From Escherichia coli (GTDB lineage Bacteria > Pseudomonadota > Gammaproteobacteria > Enterobacterales > Enterobacteriaceae): DNA of 64,000 nucleotides. Positions 1 to 12,516 of this stretch are shown here, in pieces; within the stretch, counting starts at the first letter, position 1, and each line of letters starts with the position of its first letter. The stretch is taken from the NCBI RefSeq assembly GCF_002854065.1, contig NZ_CP024147.1. One strand, 5' to 3'. The position numbers and the translations under genes were made by a program. The notes under the pieces were generated by a model that saw only the letters and a list, made by a program, of their open reading frames with translations, was not told the origin of the DNA and did no database searches.

Positions 1-126
1 AAGCAAAACTTCAGACACCTGACATATAAAAAATAATCTCGGTGTGAGATGCTTTACGTCTTCCAAGCCCCCTTCCTTGCCGTAAATGGAAAGATACATC
101 TAATTATAGAATTTATATGTTTTACC

Positions 127-702
127 CTACGGCAGTGCTGGCCATTCAATATCCTGTGCAGTTGACGTATCAACACGGTTCAGCAACACCCGATACTTTT
201 TCCAGGCTTCCAGCAATGAGGTTTCTTCCTCCGTTGCGATTTCCAGATCTACAGCATCCTGAAGTGGCGCAATATGCTCACTGGCTACCTGCATCAGGCT
301 GTTTTTTGTTTCTTCCGCCTCCCGGATCCGGAACAGTTTTTCTGCTTCTGCATCTTTCACCCAGGCTGTGCCGTTCCACTTCTGAAACTCCCCTTCCGGC
401 GATAACCAGGTAACATTTTCCGGTAACGGACCGAGTTCAGAAATAAATAACGCGTCCCCTGACGCTACGTCATAAACCGTTTTACCCCGATGGTCTTCAA
501 CGAGATGCCACGATGCCTCATCACTGTTGAAAACAGCCACAAAGCCAGCAGGAATATCTGGCGGTGCAATATCGGTACTGTTTGCTGGCAGACCTGTATG
601 AGGCGGAATATATGCATCACCTTCACCAATAAATTCATTAGTTCCGGCCAGCAGATTATAAATTTTTATGGTCCGTGGTTGTTCACTCATTCTGAATGCC
701 AT
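127..702 (-). CDS. phage tail fibre assembly protein (Tfa family)
   Basis: 191-aa ORF; recognised as lambdoid Tfa; sits immediately 3' of the tail-fibre fragment. Confidence 0.8.
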   Translation of the reverse strand: MAFRMSEQPRTIKIYNLLAGTNEFIGEGDAYIPPHTGLPANSTDIAPPDIPAGFVAVFNSDEASWHLVEDHRGKTVYDVASGDALFISELGPLPENVTWLSPEGEFQKWNGTAWVKDAEAEKLFRIREAEETKNSLMQVASEHIAPLQDAVDLEIATEEETSLLEAWKKYRVLLNRVDTSTAQDIEWPALP

Positions 703-1271
703 TATGCAAGCCTCACAATATAGTTAAATGCGATGTTTTTGACGGTGTTTTCCGCGTTACCAGCAGCGTTAACGGTGATGGTGTGTCCATGTGAACCAAT
801 CGCAACGGAGTGCGTATGAGCACCAATACCGACAGTATGTGCGTGTGCACCTGCGCTTGCAGCAGTGCCGGACAGTGAGTGGGTACTGGTATAATCCCAT
901 TGAATATTTACACCAGTCGCATAATTTCCGATTGCAACGTAAATATCGTAAGTATCACCAGATGTATTGACCCAGGCAAAATTTGTAAACCCTGCCGATG
1001 TGCGCTGCCATAAAGCACCAGTAATCCCCTTCGGATTACCATTACCTGCACGCAAAACAAGTTCAGATATACCTGCCTGTTGAGGTGAACCGACGTTATA
1101 TCCAGCCCCACCAATCAACGTAATTGAAACAACAGAACTCGCCTGCGGCATGGTTACCGTTGCTAATTTGAACCAACCAGCACCACCGCTGAATGACATT
1201 GTTGTTGAGTTAAGCGTACCAATATCTTTCGGTGTCAGTGTTATATCCGCTGAAAGCGCCTTACCATTCAC
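702..1271 (-). pseudogene. side tail fibre, C-terminal fragment only
   Basis: 189-aa open frame ending in the His-rich HxH tail-fibre tip motif; frame opens on GTG with no N-terminal body; lies directly after gene L. Confidence 0.6.
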
Positions 1272-1406
1272 CTTACGGGCAGAAGGTATTCACGCAGGGA
1301 AAATATCTTTCCCCCTCCGGTGTTCTCACCACGAAGCCGCACGACTCCGCTGGCGCACATCGCCGGGCGTGCGCCAGAATCGCTGATTCTGTCTCTGTCA
1401 TGGGAT

Positions 1407-2105
1407 TCACTGCGAAAGTTTGTTAATGGAAAGGAAGCCGCCAAAGTTGCCGACGTTATTGCGAAACTTACAGCCGCTCAGGCATTTGCTGCATTTATCC
1501 TTCGTGATATCGGACGTCGGCTGATCATATTCATCCGCGACCGCCGGACCGTGATAACCGCACTCATCACCGCGATAGGTCCAGGTGCAGGTGTTGGCCA
1601 GCATGATACGTCCCGGAAAAACGGCACCGTCCGTTTCCGTCGGCGTGGACAGTACAAAAGAGGCACTGACCGCGCTCAGTTCGCTGCACTGCTCGATGCG
1701 CCAGCGGCTGATCACCTCCTGCTCCGGATCGGCGTCACTGTTTCCGTTGACGAAGTTCACCGCATCCAGAAAACGGGCGTAAACCTTACGCCGGACCACC
1801 GTTCCTCCGACCAGACTCTGCAGGTCTTCCGCCATCCCGGTGACCATGCCGTGCAGGTTAGAAACCGTCAGTGTCGGACGGGCAGCACTGCCTTTGCCGT
1901 TCAGTTCAAATCCCGTCCCCTGAATGGGATACGCCTGATACTGTCGCCCCTGCCAGGTGACCGGCTCACCTTTATCGTTCTGCTCATTACAGAAAAAGTA
2001 GCGTTCCCCGCCTACCTCGGTCAGGTCGATTTCCCAGAGCACCACCTGGGCTGACTGAGTGAGGCGTGTCGTCTCATGATGTGTTTCCTGTGGAATATCC
2101 TGCAT
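1407..2105 (-). CDS. minor tail protein L (lambda gpL-like)
   Basis: 232-aa ORF closely matching lambda L as recalled (MQDI...CSKCLSGCKFRNN...INKLSQ). Confidence 0.85.
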   Translation of the reverse strand: MQDIPQETHHETTRLTQSAQVVLWEIDLTEVGGERYFFCNEQNDKGEPVTWQGRQYQAYPIQGTGFELNGKGSAARPTLTVSNLHGMVTGMAEDLQSLVGGTVVRRKVYARFLDAVNFVNGNSDADPEQEVISRWRIEQCSELSAVSASFVLSTPTETDGAVFPGRIMLANTCTWTYRGDECGYHGPAVADEYDQPTSDITKDKCSKCLSGCKFRNNVGNFGGFLSINKLSQ

Positions 2106-2114
2106 CAGAGACTC

Positions 2115-2444
2115 CTATGCCACGACCTGTTCAAAATCTGCCGTTATGGTTACCCACAACGCCCCCACGCTTGCCGACCATTTACGACAAACCACCCTGA
2201 TCGGCTTCCAGTCATAAGGTGGCGTCCACTGAAATGCGCGGACGCCACCGTGCCGTTCCAGAAAGGCTTTTAAAGATGGGTGTTCACATTTACGAACACG
2301 TATAGTCACGCTGTAAATCGACAACTGGTTATTCAGTCCCGCCGCACGACGCTGTTCATAACCATCGCCCAGCTTCACTGTCACCACTTTCGGCTCTGAT
2401 ACCACATTCATATCCGGGCGCACTTTCCAGTGAAACGTCTCCAT
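2115..2444 (-). CDS. minor tail protein M (lambda gpM-like)
   Basis: 109-aa ORF, lambda M-like, immediately upstream of L. Confidence 0.8.
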   Translation of the reverse strand: METFHWKVRPDMNVVSEPKVVTVKLGDGYEQRRAAGLNNQLSIYSVTIRVRKCEHPSLKAFLERHGGVRAFQWTPPYDWKPIRVVCRKWSASVGALWVTITADFEQVVA

Positions 2445-4648
2445 TACCGATATGCTCCACTTAACCGACCACCATCACGGGCCTGCTGTTGCATAAAGTC
2501 CGCTGCCGCTTTTTTCCCAAGGTCATAAACCACCTTCAGGGCAGCCGGACCTATCTGCCCGTTCGTGCCATCGTTATTGATCTCGATGTTGTACTGCGGG
2601 GCAAACATCGCCATACCTGAACCACCAATATCCGCCACAACCCCCAGCTTACCGTCAGCACCACGACGCAGTGGCAGAATGGCTTCAGGTCCAGCTTCCC
2701 CCATCACACCCGCGCCTTTTGCAAAAGCAAAAAACGTCGGACGGTTAACCACCGTGCCACTGTAACGACTCAAATCAGCAGACTGATAAATCCCCCCATT
2801 GGCATTCAGGGAAAGGCTGCTGAGATCAAATCCCAGTACACTGCCAATCCCTTTTATCGATTTCATCATGGTTGCCTGCGCCAGGATTTTCGCCATATCT
2901 GACAGCACCGAAGAGGTGAAGGATTTGAAGTTGAGTTTGCCGGTAGTGACAAAAGTTGCCAGGCCATTTCCCATGTTGCTGAAGGCTGATGAGAACACCT
3001 GTTCTGCTGTTCCTGCCGTATTGTCTGCATCCACGGTAAAATCCTGAAATGCACGCAGGACTCCGTTTTTCCAGTTACCCTGCACAACTTCAAGCTGTTG
3101 CCAGTAACGGCGATTCTCATTCAGTTGTCGGTTCAGGCTCTCCGTCAGCGCCTGCTCGGCCTTTCTGTAGTCATCCGTGTTATATGTCCCTTTCTGCTCA
3201 CTATCCCGCCTCAACTGCTCCAGCTGTTGCTGGTATTTCTGGCGAAGACTCAGTTGTACCTGATATCGCTGCCGCTGCTGATCACCCATACCCACCGTGG
3301 CGATATCCAGGTCATGTTGCTGACGCTGAGCGCGCTCTTCTTCAGCCAGTTGACTGGTCAGCTGAATTGTTTTTTTCTTCAGATCGTTGAGTGCCGTCTG
3401 TTTCTGAAGCTCCTGCTGTTTTACATCCAGCAGCGTCAGTGCCTGAATCAGTTCATCTTTACGGGCCAGCACACTCTTTTCATCTGCCGTCAGTTTTTTC
3501 CCGTCCAGATCGCTGATGCGCTGCTGCAGAGCCAGAAGCTGTTTATGCGCTTCTGTCATCTTTTCAGTGGCAATGCCTGCTGACTGTCTTGCAGCAGCAA
3601 TCTGTCCTTCCACCTGTGCCTGTTGCTGACTGTACTGCAGCAATAACCGGGTGGCCTCATCATTACGGGGTTCGCGTGTTTTTTTCTTACCGGATGCCAG
3701 GGCTTTCTCGTAACGTTCATTTTCACGTTGTATCGCCGCATCCCTGACAGCCTGATCGGCGTACTGCATGGCATTAATACGCGCAATTTCACGCTGATGT
3801 CGTGCTGCTTCCGTTTCATTCATCCGGTTCAGTGCAGCATTTTCAGCATTACGGCGTTTCTGTTGCTCCTGATAATTCCGCTCTGCCTGCTCTTTTGCAT
3901 CCTGCAAATCCTTCTGGCGTTTTTTCTCCTGAAGCTCGTTAAGACGCTGCTGATCGTACTCAACCTGAGAAGATGATGCCGTCCAGGGGAGTCTTTTCAC
4001 CCGCGACACTTTCTCCTGTAAAGCGGAAATCTGTTCATCCAGCGAGTCTTCACGACCAATATTCATGGCCGCATCCCAGAAACGACTCCATAAATCAGAC
4101 AGATACTTCAGCGTACTGCCCAGCGCATTGAGGTTATTATCAATATCCGCAGTACGCCGACCGGTTTCCTCTGCCAGTGCAGACATGGCTATCCGTGCCG
4201 CATCACTGGACCGCCCCTGTTCCCCAAGGACGCGTATCTGTTCAAGCTGAGTGGCAGTAAGAAAATGCAGCTCATTGTCCAGAGCCTTCGCGGCATTTAC
4301 AGGATCATCCTTCAGCCGCTTAAACTGATTTATGGTATCGCTGACCGACTGGCCAACCGATCGCTCCATCTGTGCGGCAGCTCTCGCCACCATACGGGAT
4401 GGATCATGAACAGAGTCTGCTGCCTCATGCTTCACACTAAACAGGGCTGGCCCGACATGGTGCAGGGCGTAAACGGGGTTCCCCCTGACAGTCGCAGCCA
4501 CAGGAGTGTTGGCCGCGAGGAGCCGTTTTTTTACTGTGTCCCGGTGAAGCCCAAAGGCCTCAGCGATTTTAAAAACACTCCAGTAATAAGCATCACCGAT
4601 CCCGCTCACATTTGACATAAGCAACTCCATCTGGCAGGTGAAAATCAT
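2444..4648 (-). CDS. tail tape-measure protein (lambda H-like C-terminal two thirds) with a divergent, possibly Nu1/small-terminase-derived N-terminus
   Basis: 734-aa ORF; C-terminus ...INNDGTNGQIGPAALK...RDGG resembles lambda H; N-terminal ~170 aa has an HTH-like segment; ATG at 4648. Confidence 0.65.
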   Translation of the reverse strand: MIFTCQMELLMSNVSGIGDAYYWSVFKIAEAFGLHRDTVKKRLLAANTPVAATVRGNPVYALHHVGPALFSVKHEAADSVHDPSRMVARAAAQMERSVGQSVSDTINQFKRLKDDPVNAAKALDNELHFLTATQLEQIRVLGEQGRSSDAARIAMSALAEETGRRTADIDNNLNALGSTLKYLSDLWSRFWDAAMNIGREDSLDEQISALQEKVSRVKRLPWTASSSQVEYDQQRLNELQEKKRQKDLQDAKEQAERNYQEQQKRRNAENAALNRMNETEAARHQREIARINAMQYADQAVRDAAIQRENERYEKALASGKKKTREPRNDEATRLLLQYSQQQAQVEGQIAAARQSAGIATEKMTEAHKQLLALQQRISDLDGKKLTADEKSVLARKDELIQALTLLDVKQQELQKQTALNDLKKKTIQLTSQLAEEERAQRQQHDLDIATVGMGDQQRQRYQVQLSLRQKYQQQLEQLRRDSEQKGTYNTDDYRKAEQALTESLNRQLNENRRYWQQLEVVQGNWKNGVLRAFQDFTVDADNTAGTAEQVFSSAFSNMGNGLATFVTTGKLNFKSFTSSVLSDMAKILAQATMMKSIKGIGSVLGFDLSSLSLNANGGIYQSADLSRYSGTVVNRPTFFAFAKGAGVMGEAGPEAILPLRRGADGKLGVVADIGGSGMAMFAPQYNIEINNDGTNGQIGPAALKVVYDLGKKAAADFMQQQARDGGRLSGAYR

Positions 4649-4798
4649 GTTTATTTATATATTTCAATTAATTGCAAACTGGTCTAATGACAGGGAGAAA
4701 AAAATATTGTACAGGTGAAAAGAGAAATAACTTTTAATTATCAATAAATTACCAAACATGCTGCCGCCGCCATGGAAATGCAAAAACTAGCCTTTTTC

Positions 4799-4818
4799 CG
4801 CGACGCTCCCGCCCCGTG
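4799..4818 (-). other. cos-like site (candidate cosN region)
   Basis: Minus strand reads ACGGGGCGGGAGCGTCGCGG, close to lambda cosN ACGGGGCGGCGACCTCGCGG as recalled; ~150 bp upstream of the ORF start at 4648, inside a GC-rich island. Confidence 0.4.
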
Positions 4819-4995
4819 GCAGGGGCCCCCACCGGGAGGACCCGACAGCCTGACAGCCGTGACGAGCATCTGATACAGCGCTTTACATAATGGCATAGGA
4901 ATAATTCAGAAGGACATCACAGCATGCCCACACAAATTAGTGTGAGTGTCCTGTTTCTTCCTACGCACAGGACTGACGAGCATGAGGGGAAAATA

Positions 4996-5163
4996 TGCGA
5001 ACCATAAATGCCTCATCTTCAGCAATGCAGCCGGCATCCGAACAGGACGATATTGTAAATTCACCTAATTACGAGGACATTGCAGTAGTTGAATTGCAGC
5101 TCTGTATTAGCCTGACAGTGACAGAATGCGATACTGACTCTGTCACAGGTGAAATAGTTTGAA
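4996..5163 (+). CDS. hypothetical small protein (55 aa)
   Basis: ATG preceded by GAGGGG at Shine-Dalgarno spacing; below the ORF-track cutoff; no recognised homology. Confidence 0.25.
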
Positions 5164-5182
5164 TGATTAGCAGTTATGGTGC

Positions 5183-5389
5183 TCAGTCAACCACCAGGGA
5201 ATAATCCTTCGAATTCTTATCGTGCTTCACCAACGCTGCCTCAATTGCCCTGAATGCTTCCAGAGACACCTGATGTTCTATACATGCAATTACAACATCC
5301 GGGTAACTCATAGAAATGGTGCTATTAAGCATATTTTTTACACGAATCAGATCCAACGAGAGTTCATCAGCAGATTGTTCTTTATTCAT
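5183..5389 (-). CDS. hypothetical prophage protein (68 aa)
   Basis: ATG start with GGAG Shine-Dalgarno 7 nt upstream; divergent from the DUF1398 gene. Confidence 0.5.
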   Translation of the reverse strand: MNKEQSADELSLDLIRVKNMLNSTISMSYPDVVIACIEHQVSLEAFRAIEAALVKHDKNSKDYSLVVD

Positions 5390-5689
5390 TTTGTCGCTCC
5401 ATGCGTTTGCTCGTCATCTAGCGGTTAAAATATTACTTCAAATCTTTCTGCATAAAAGAGGAAAAGTATGAAAGTTTGAGTACATCGACCTTACATACAT
5501 CTGTCGGTTGCATATCCCTCCTGGATGCCAGCAAGGCTCAACTTTGTTACGCAATCAACACTATTCATTAAAAACAGGCTTAATATTTGACATAAATCAT
5601 CAACAAAACACAAAGAGGTCAGACCAGATTGAAACAATAAACACGATAATGCAAACTACGCGCCATCGTATCACATGGAAGGTTAACCA

Positions 5690-6100
5690 ATGGCTCAGGC
5701 TGCCATTTTTAAAGAAATATTCGATCAAGTGCGTAAAGATTTAAACTGTGAATTATTTTATTCTGAGCTAAAACGTCACAATGTCTCACTTTATATTTAC
5801 TATTTAGCCACAGATAATATTCACATTGTGTTAGAAAACGACAACATAGTGTTAGTAAAAGGACTCAAAAAGGTTGTAAATGTTAAATTCTCCAGAAACA
5901 AACATCTTATAGAGACCTCCTATAATAAGTTGAAATCAAAAGAAATCACATTTCAACAATACAGGGATAATCTTGCTAAAGCAGGAGTTTTCCGATGGGT
6001 TACAAATATCCAGGAACACCAAAGATATTACTATGCCTTTGATAACTCATTACTATTTACTGAAAGCATCCAGAAAACTACACAGATCTTACCACGCTAA
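5690..6100 (+). CDS. ydfO: DUF1398-family prophage protein (YdfO-like)
   Basis: 136-aa ORF, ATG with GGAAGG Shine-Dalgarno; position between the cos region and gnsB. Confidence 0.6.
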   Translation: MAQAAIFKEIFDQVRKDLNCELFYSELKRHNVSLYIYYLATDNIHIVLENDNIVLVKGLKKVVNVKFSRNKHLIETSYNKLKSKEITFQQYRDNLAKAGVFRWVTNIQEHQRYYYAFDNSLLFTESIQKTTQILPR

Positions 6101-6251
6101 ACCATAACGTCCGGCTTCTCTCACTCCTGAGCCGGACTGCATTGGTTTAATAAAAACCATCAACAATTGTGATTTAGATATTCGGAACCATTCAAATATA
6201 ACAAAACCCCGTAAAAACGAGGTTTATGGATAAATTTTATTATTGAATACA

Positions 6252-6425
6252 TCAGATTAAATTAATCTTGACATCATAGCTTTCAAGACCCGTCATTTTT
6301 TCCCGTGCGGTAAACTGAATACTGGTAACTTCTTTCCCGGTCTTTTTCTTAAGTTCAATAATTTTTTTTGTTATATATTCAGAAATATCTGCTTCTGCTT
6401 TTGTTTTTAAGTCTTCAATATTCAT
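6252..6425 (-). CDS. gnsB: GnsB-family small protein (57 aa)
   Basis: Manual translation MNIEDLKTKAEADISEYITKKIIELKKKTGKEVTSIQFTAREKMTGLESYDVKINLI; missed by the ORF track because it is under 60 aa. Confidence 0.75.
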   Translation of the reverse strand: MNIEDLKTKAEADISEYITKKIIELKKKTGKEVTSIQFTAREKMTGLESYDVKINLI

Positions 6426-6596
6426 CATTTCCTCTTTTAGTCTGTTATGACTTTCCAGTTACACAGTAAATCGATTATATGGTGCAAACGTGTAAAAGAT
6501 AAGATGAAAAATCGCAATAATCAACATACGATAGTCTAAATTTTACACAAACAGACAAAGAGAATTTTCCTGAATTATCAATGCAATAGCATCAAA

Positions 6597-6752
6597 TCAA
6601 CTCAAGAGCCTTATTGCTGCTTCCAGAATTTCTTCTGAAGTAACATGTCGATCCGCGGCTACATAAATGACTTTATGATCTCCGGTCAGAGATGGAAACC
6701 CTGCGGCCATTACAGTAAGGTGTGTTTTTTCGCCATTTGGATATTCACGCAT
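6597..6752 (-). CDS. small prophage protein (51 aa; possibly YnfN-like)
   Basis: In-frame ATG giving MREYPNG...; longer alternatives start at 6827 (ATG) or 6869 (TTG); start uncertain. Confidence 0.4.
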   Translation of the reverse strand: MREYPNGEKTHLTVMAAGFPSLTGDHKVIYVAADRHVTSEEILEAAIRLLS

Positions 6753-6875
6753 GATGGTGTTAACTCCAGTCATCGCTGGCACTACCACTGCTGGTTCAGA
6801 GTTAAAAAAAACTATGATTTTTTTCATGATGTTACCGTAGTATGTGAGTATCCATCGAATAGACACCAAGCAAAA

Positions 6876-6900
6876 AAGCTCCCGAAGGAGCCTTCATTTT
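6876..6900 (-). terminator. rho-independent terminator-like hairpin
   Basis: Minus strand GCTCC-TTCG-GGAGC followed by TTTTTTGCTT. Confidence 0.45.
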
Positions 6901-7098
6901 CACTTTTTTAAATCCAACGACAGACGGCTGGCATTTAAGTATTGTGAAATATTATCAAATGTAATCATCATTGATTTACAAAAGATACATTTTGCCCCGA
7001 AAGGATTCATGTCAGAAACATCAAAAGATGATGTTCTATACTGGGAACCATGACAACACGGGCATCTAAAGTGAATATGGTTTGTAATATTGTCTACC

Positions 7099-7311
7099 TC
7101 AAAGCGCCACTACATGAACAGCGGCAGGACCTTTAGGTCCGTTCTCAATACCAAATTCAACTTCCTGATTCTCAGTTAATGTTTTGAAATCGTTGCTCTG
7201 AATTGCTGAGAAATGGACAAACACATCTTTGCTGCCATCTTTCGGCGTGATGAAACCAAAACCTTTTTCAGGGTTAAACCATTTCACTAAACCAGTCATT
7301 TTGTTAGACAT
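7099..7311 (-). CDS. cspI: cold shock protein CspI
   Basis: 70-aa CspA-family [26 protein letters not shown]... Confidence 0.9.
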   Translation of the reverse strand: MSNKMTGLVKWFNPEKGFGFITPKDGSKDVFVHFSAIQSNDFKTLTENQEVEFGIENGPKGPAAVHVVAL

Positions 7312-7673
7312 AATTATTACCTTTTGAAGAAATTAGCCCTTGGGCAGAATGGTCCGAAAAAAAATATCAGAGAGAAAAACCAACAAGGAAATCCCAAGAG
7401 GTACAAATAATAAAATTATAACAATGACTGCTTCAGATAAATTTGTAACAAACCAGAACACCATTAACGCATGATTAACCACCCATAGCAAGGATTACTT
7501 TTGTAAAGAAAAACACAGCAATGAAAGAATAGCTTTATTTATTAATAAAACGTGTCATTCTGATTAAGACCTTTTATCTTACCCTTAAGATTTCAGGAAT
7601 TTTGGCTCATGGAAGAGTCCTTTTTATTTAAATTTTACATTCCGCGATGTAAATGTTCCGATTTAATATTACC

Positions 7674-8698
<1,025 letters not shown>

Positions 8699-8702
<4 letters not shown>

Positions 8703-9010
8703 AGATATTTATGATGAGGACGCTCGTGCTTATTGGCAGGATTTTCAATCTTAAAGGAGTACTGATGCTGCAGATAAGACTCAACTTTTTCTGACAATTT
8801 TTCTGCTACTTCCAGGAAGACTTGCCGGACGCTCCTTCTGGCTGCTGCCTCATAAAACTCCAGCGCAGCTCCTTCAACACGGTCCATGGCGACATCCAGG
8901 TCAAAAATTTCACCGTCAAAGCGTTCTTTGTCCTGTAAGGCTACAGTTACCGTAACTTTGTTCTCAAAATTACGGACTCCTTTCACAACCAGTTCATAGT
9001 CTTGAGTCAT
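8699..9010 (-). CDS. ydfR: prophage protein YdfR-like, located between holin and endolysin
   Basis: 103-aa ORF whose stop overlaps the endolysin start. Confidence 0.65.
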
Positions 9011-9014
9011 TGGA

Positions 9015-9230
9015 TTACTCTCCTCTCGCAGCCTTACGCCTGTCTTCTTTAATCTTGAAATAAAGATTTGTCAGATACGTCAGCAGGCCAAAAACCAGGC
9101 TACCCAGCACACCGATTGCAGCCCACTGTGACGGAGTTACTTTATCGAGTAACTGCAATGCCCAGAAACCAGCATTACCCGCCGATGTGCCATAGGCAAC
9201 ACCTGTTGTTAACTTATCCATTGATTTCAT
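9015..9230 (-). CDS. essQ: phage holin (S-like)
   Basis: 71 aa from [14 protein letters not shown]...; GAGG Shine-Dalgarno; ORF track shows a longer upstream extension. Confidence 0.8.
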   Translation of the reverse strand: MKSMDKLTTGVAYGTSAGNAGFWALQLLDKVTPSQWAAIGVLGSLVFGLLTYLTNLYFKIKEDRRKAARGE

Positions 9231-9449
9231 ATCCTCACCCCGATGTACACGGATGGTGCAATATGTTTGAAAAGATCGGAGTCTACGGGGTAGTTTTGAC
9301 AGCACACGCTGTTCTCAACGGCGCTAAAGAAACATACACATTAAAAATGTGAGTAATTATTTTGAAAGAAAGTCATATATAAAATAATAATACGAGAAAT
9401 GTTTTCATATTTAGTGTACTGTATACGGCCATTTATACAGGAAAAGCCT

Positions 9450-9620
9450 ATGTCAGAACGTAAAGACTCAAAATCACGCCGTAATTATCTCGTTAAATGT
9501 TCCTGCCCAAACTGCACCCAAGAGTCAGAACACAGTTTTTCAAGAGTACAAAAAGGTGCCCTTTTGATCTGCCCTCATTGCAACAAAGTATTCCAGACAA
9601 ATCTTAAAGCTGCAGCCTGA
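9450..9620 (+). CDS. small zinc-ribbon protein (CxxC...CxxC), 56 aa
   Basis: ATG at 9450 with AGGAAA Shine-Dalgarno; cysteine pairs CPNC and CPHC; followed by a terminator. Confidence 0.5.
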   Translation: MSERKDSKSRRNYLVKCSCPNCTQESEHSFSRVQKGALLICPHCNKVFQTNLKAAA

Positions 9621-9680
9621 TTGATTTTATTAGTAACAAGTATTTTTTATATTTTAATAATATATTTAAAGTAGATAATA

Positions 9681-9702
9681 AAAAACCCGCCTGAGCGGGT
9701 TT
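9681..9702. terminator. bidirectional intrinsic terminator-like hairpin
   Basis: AAAAA-CCCGC-CTGA-GCGGG-TTT between convergent genes. Confidence 0.5.
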
Positions 9703-9983
9703 GAGATTGTGGTGCTTTTTGTGGGAGTCATCCACTTACGCACTTTGTTTTGCCATGCCAGCAGTTAGCTTCTGCTGTAAAACTATTCATGCCGCAAACC
9801 TGCACTTCACCACAATGGTTAGCATACTTTTCCTGATTAAGATTTTGCCAAATATGCTGGCCATTGTTTCATGTATTGGACCTCCTTAATTTTTATTAAA
9901 GAAATCCAATATTCACTACTCTGTCCGTATCTCTACTCAGGCATCAGCCTTCTTCGTTATCGTATACAGACGAGCGATGAATT

Positions 9984-10199
9984 TTAATCAGTAATGATGA
10001 CATTTGCTGCTGCAGGACCTTTAGCACCACTCTCTATAGAGAAGGTAACCTTTTGACCTTCAAATAAGGTTCGATAATTATCATTCTGAATCGCAGAAAA
10101 ATGCACAAACACATCTTTACTACCATCAACAGGAGAAATAAAGCCGAAACCTTTATCAGCGTTAAACCATTTTACTAAACCAGTCATTTTATTTGACAT
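9984..10199 (-). CDS. cspB: cold shock protein CspB
   Basis: 71-aa CspA-family [26 protein letters not shown]... Confidence 0.9.
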   Translation of the reverse strand: MSNKMTGLVKWFNADKGFGFISPVDGSKDVFVHFSAIQNDNYRTLFEGQKVTFSIESGAKGPAAANVIITD

Positions 10200-10509
10200 T
10201 CTACATTCCTTAACTTGAGCCTTTCGGCATAAATGGTTTGCATAACAGAAACGACTTCGTACTTAATTGGAGAGACTCAAAGAAGGAATAAGTGAATAAC
10301 ACCTGAAATGAGAACTGCTTTAGTAAACTACTTCGTATATCGTCTGTTCTTCAAACCGACGCAGTCATTAACTCATAGTTGAACATATGAAGCAATGTTT
10401 ATTTTAGACATCCAGCCACCTTCAACCCTATCAAAAAAGTAGTTTTCTCCAGGAACGTGTGTATGGTGCACCAGGTTATCAGTATTAAGGAGTTTTTCTG
10501 TCCCCTAAA

Positions 10510-10715
10510 ATGACAGGAATTGTCAAAAACTTTGACTACAAAAGCAGCAAAGGTCTTATATCCCCATCCGATGGCGTATCGATGCCCAGCTTCAGGTTTC
10601 AGCTCTCAATCTTCGAGATGCAGAAGAAATTACCACAGGATTACGCGTGGAATTTTGCCGGATAAATGGTTCGCGTGGACCTTCAACTCCCAATGTTTAT
10701 CCTGGGATGAGATTC
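10510..10715 (+). pseudogene. cspF: cspF-like cold shock gene, frameshifted
   Basis: [22 protein letters not shown] in frame 1; homology continues as [32 protein letters not shown] in the -1 frame; one base missing around 10573-10578; original stop lost. Confidence 0.65.
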
Positions 10716-10744
10716 AATATCTCTATTGCCCCATTTAAAGCACA

Positions 10745-10775
10745 AAAACCCGCTTATCAGCGGGTTTTCTACTTT
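10745..10775 (+). terminator. rho-independent terminator
   Basis: ACCCGCT-TATC-AGCGGGT followed by TTTTCTACTTTTTT. Confidence 0.55.
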
Positions 10776-10874
10776 TTTCTAAACGTCGGATACACAAAGC
10801 CCATCGTTGAGAAAATCTTATCCATGTTTTTTGAAAAATGCAAACATCATGTCGCCATCTTCAGCAAAAATCAT

Positions 10875-12508
<1,634 letters not shown>

Positions 12509-12516
12509 CCACTACA

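Noticed and set aside
1320-2054. 244-aa plus-strand ORF
   Set aside because: Entirely antisense to the well-supported gene L; no ribosome-binding site or homology; an open antisense frame in GC-biased coding sequence.
3098-3583. 161-aa plus-strand ORF and neighbouring ORFs (2565-3390) inside the tape-measure gene
   Set aside because: Antisense or off-frame within the tape-measure coding sequence; low-complexity translations typical of repetitive coiled-coil DNA.
4790-4870. GC-rich island considered as an integron attC site or REP element
   Set aside because: Its position ~150 bp upstream of the terminase-like ORF start and its similarity to lambda cosN make a cos site the simpler explanation.
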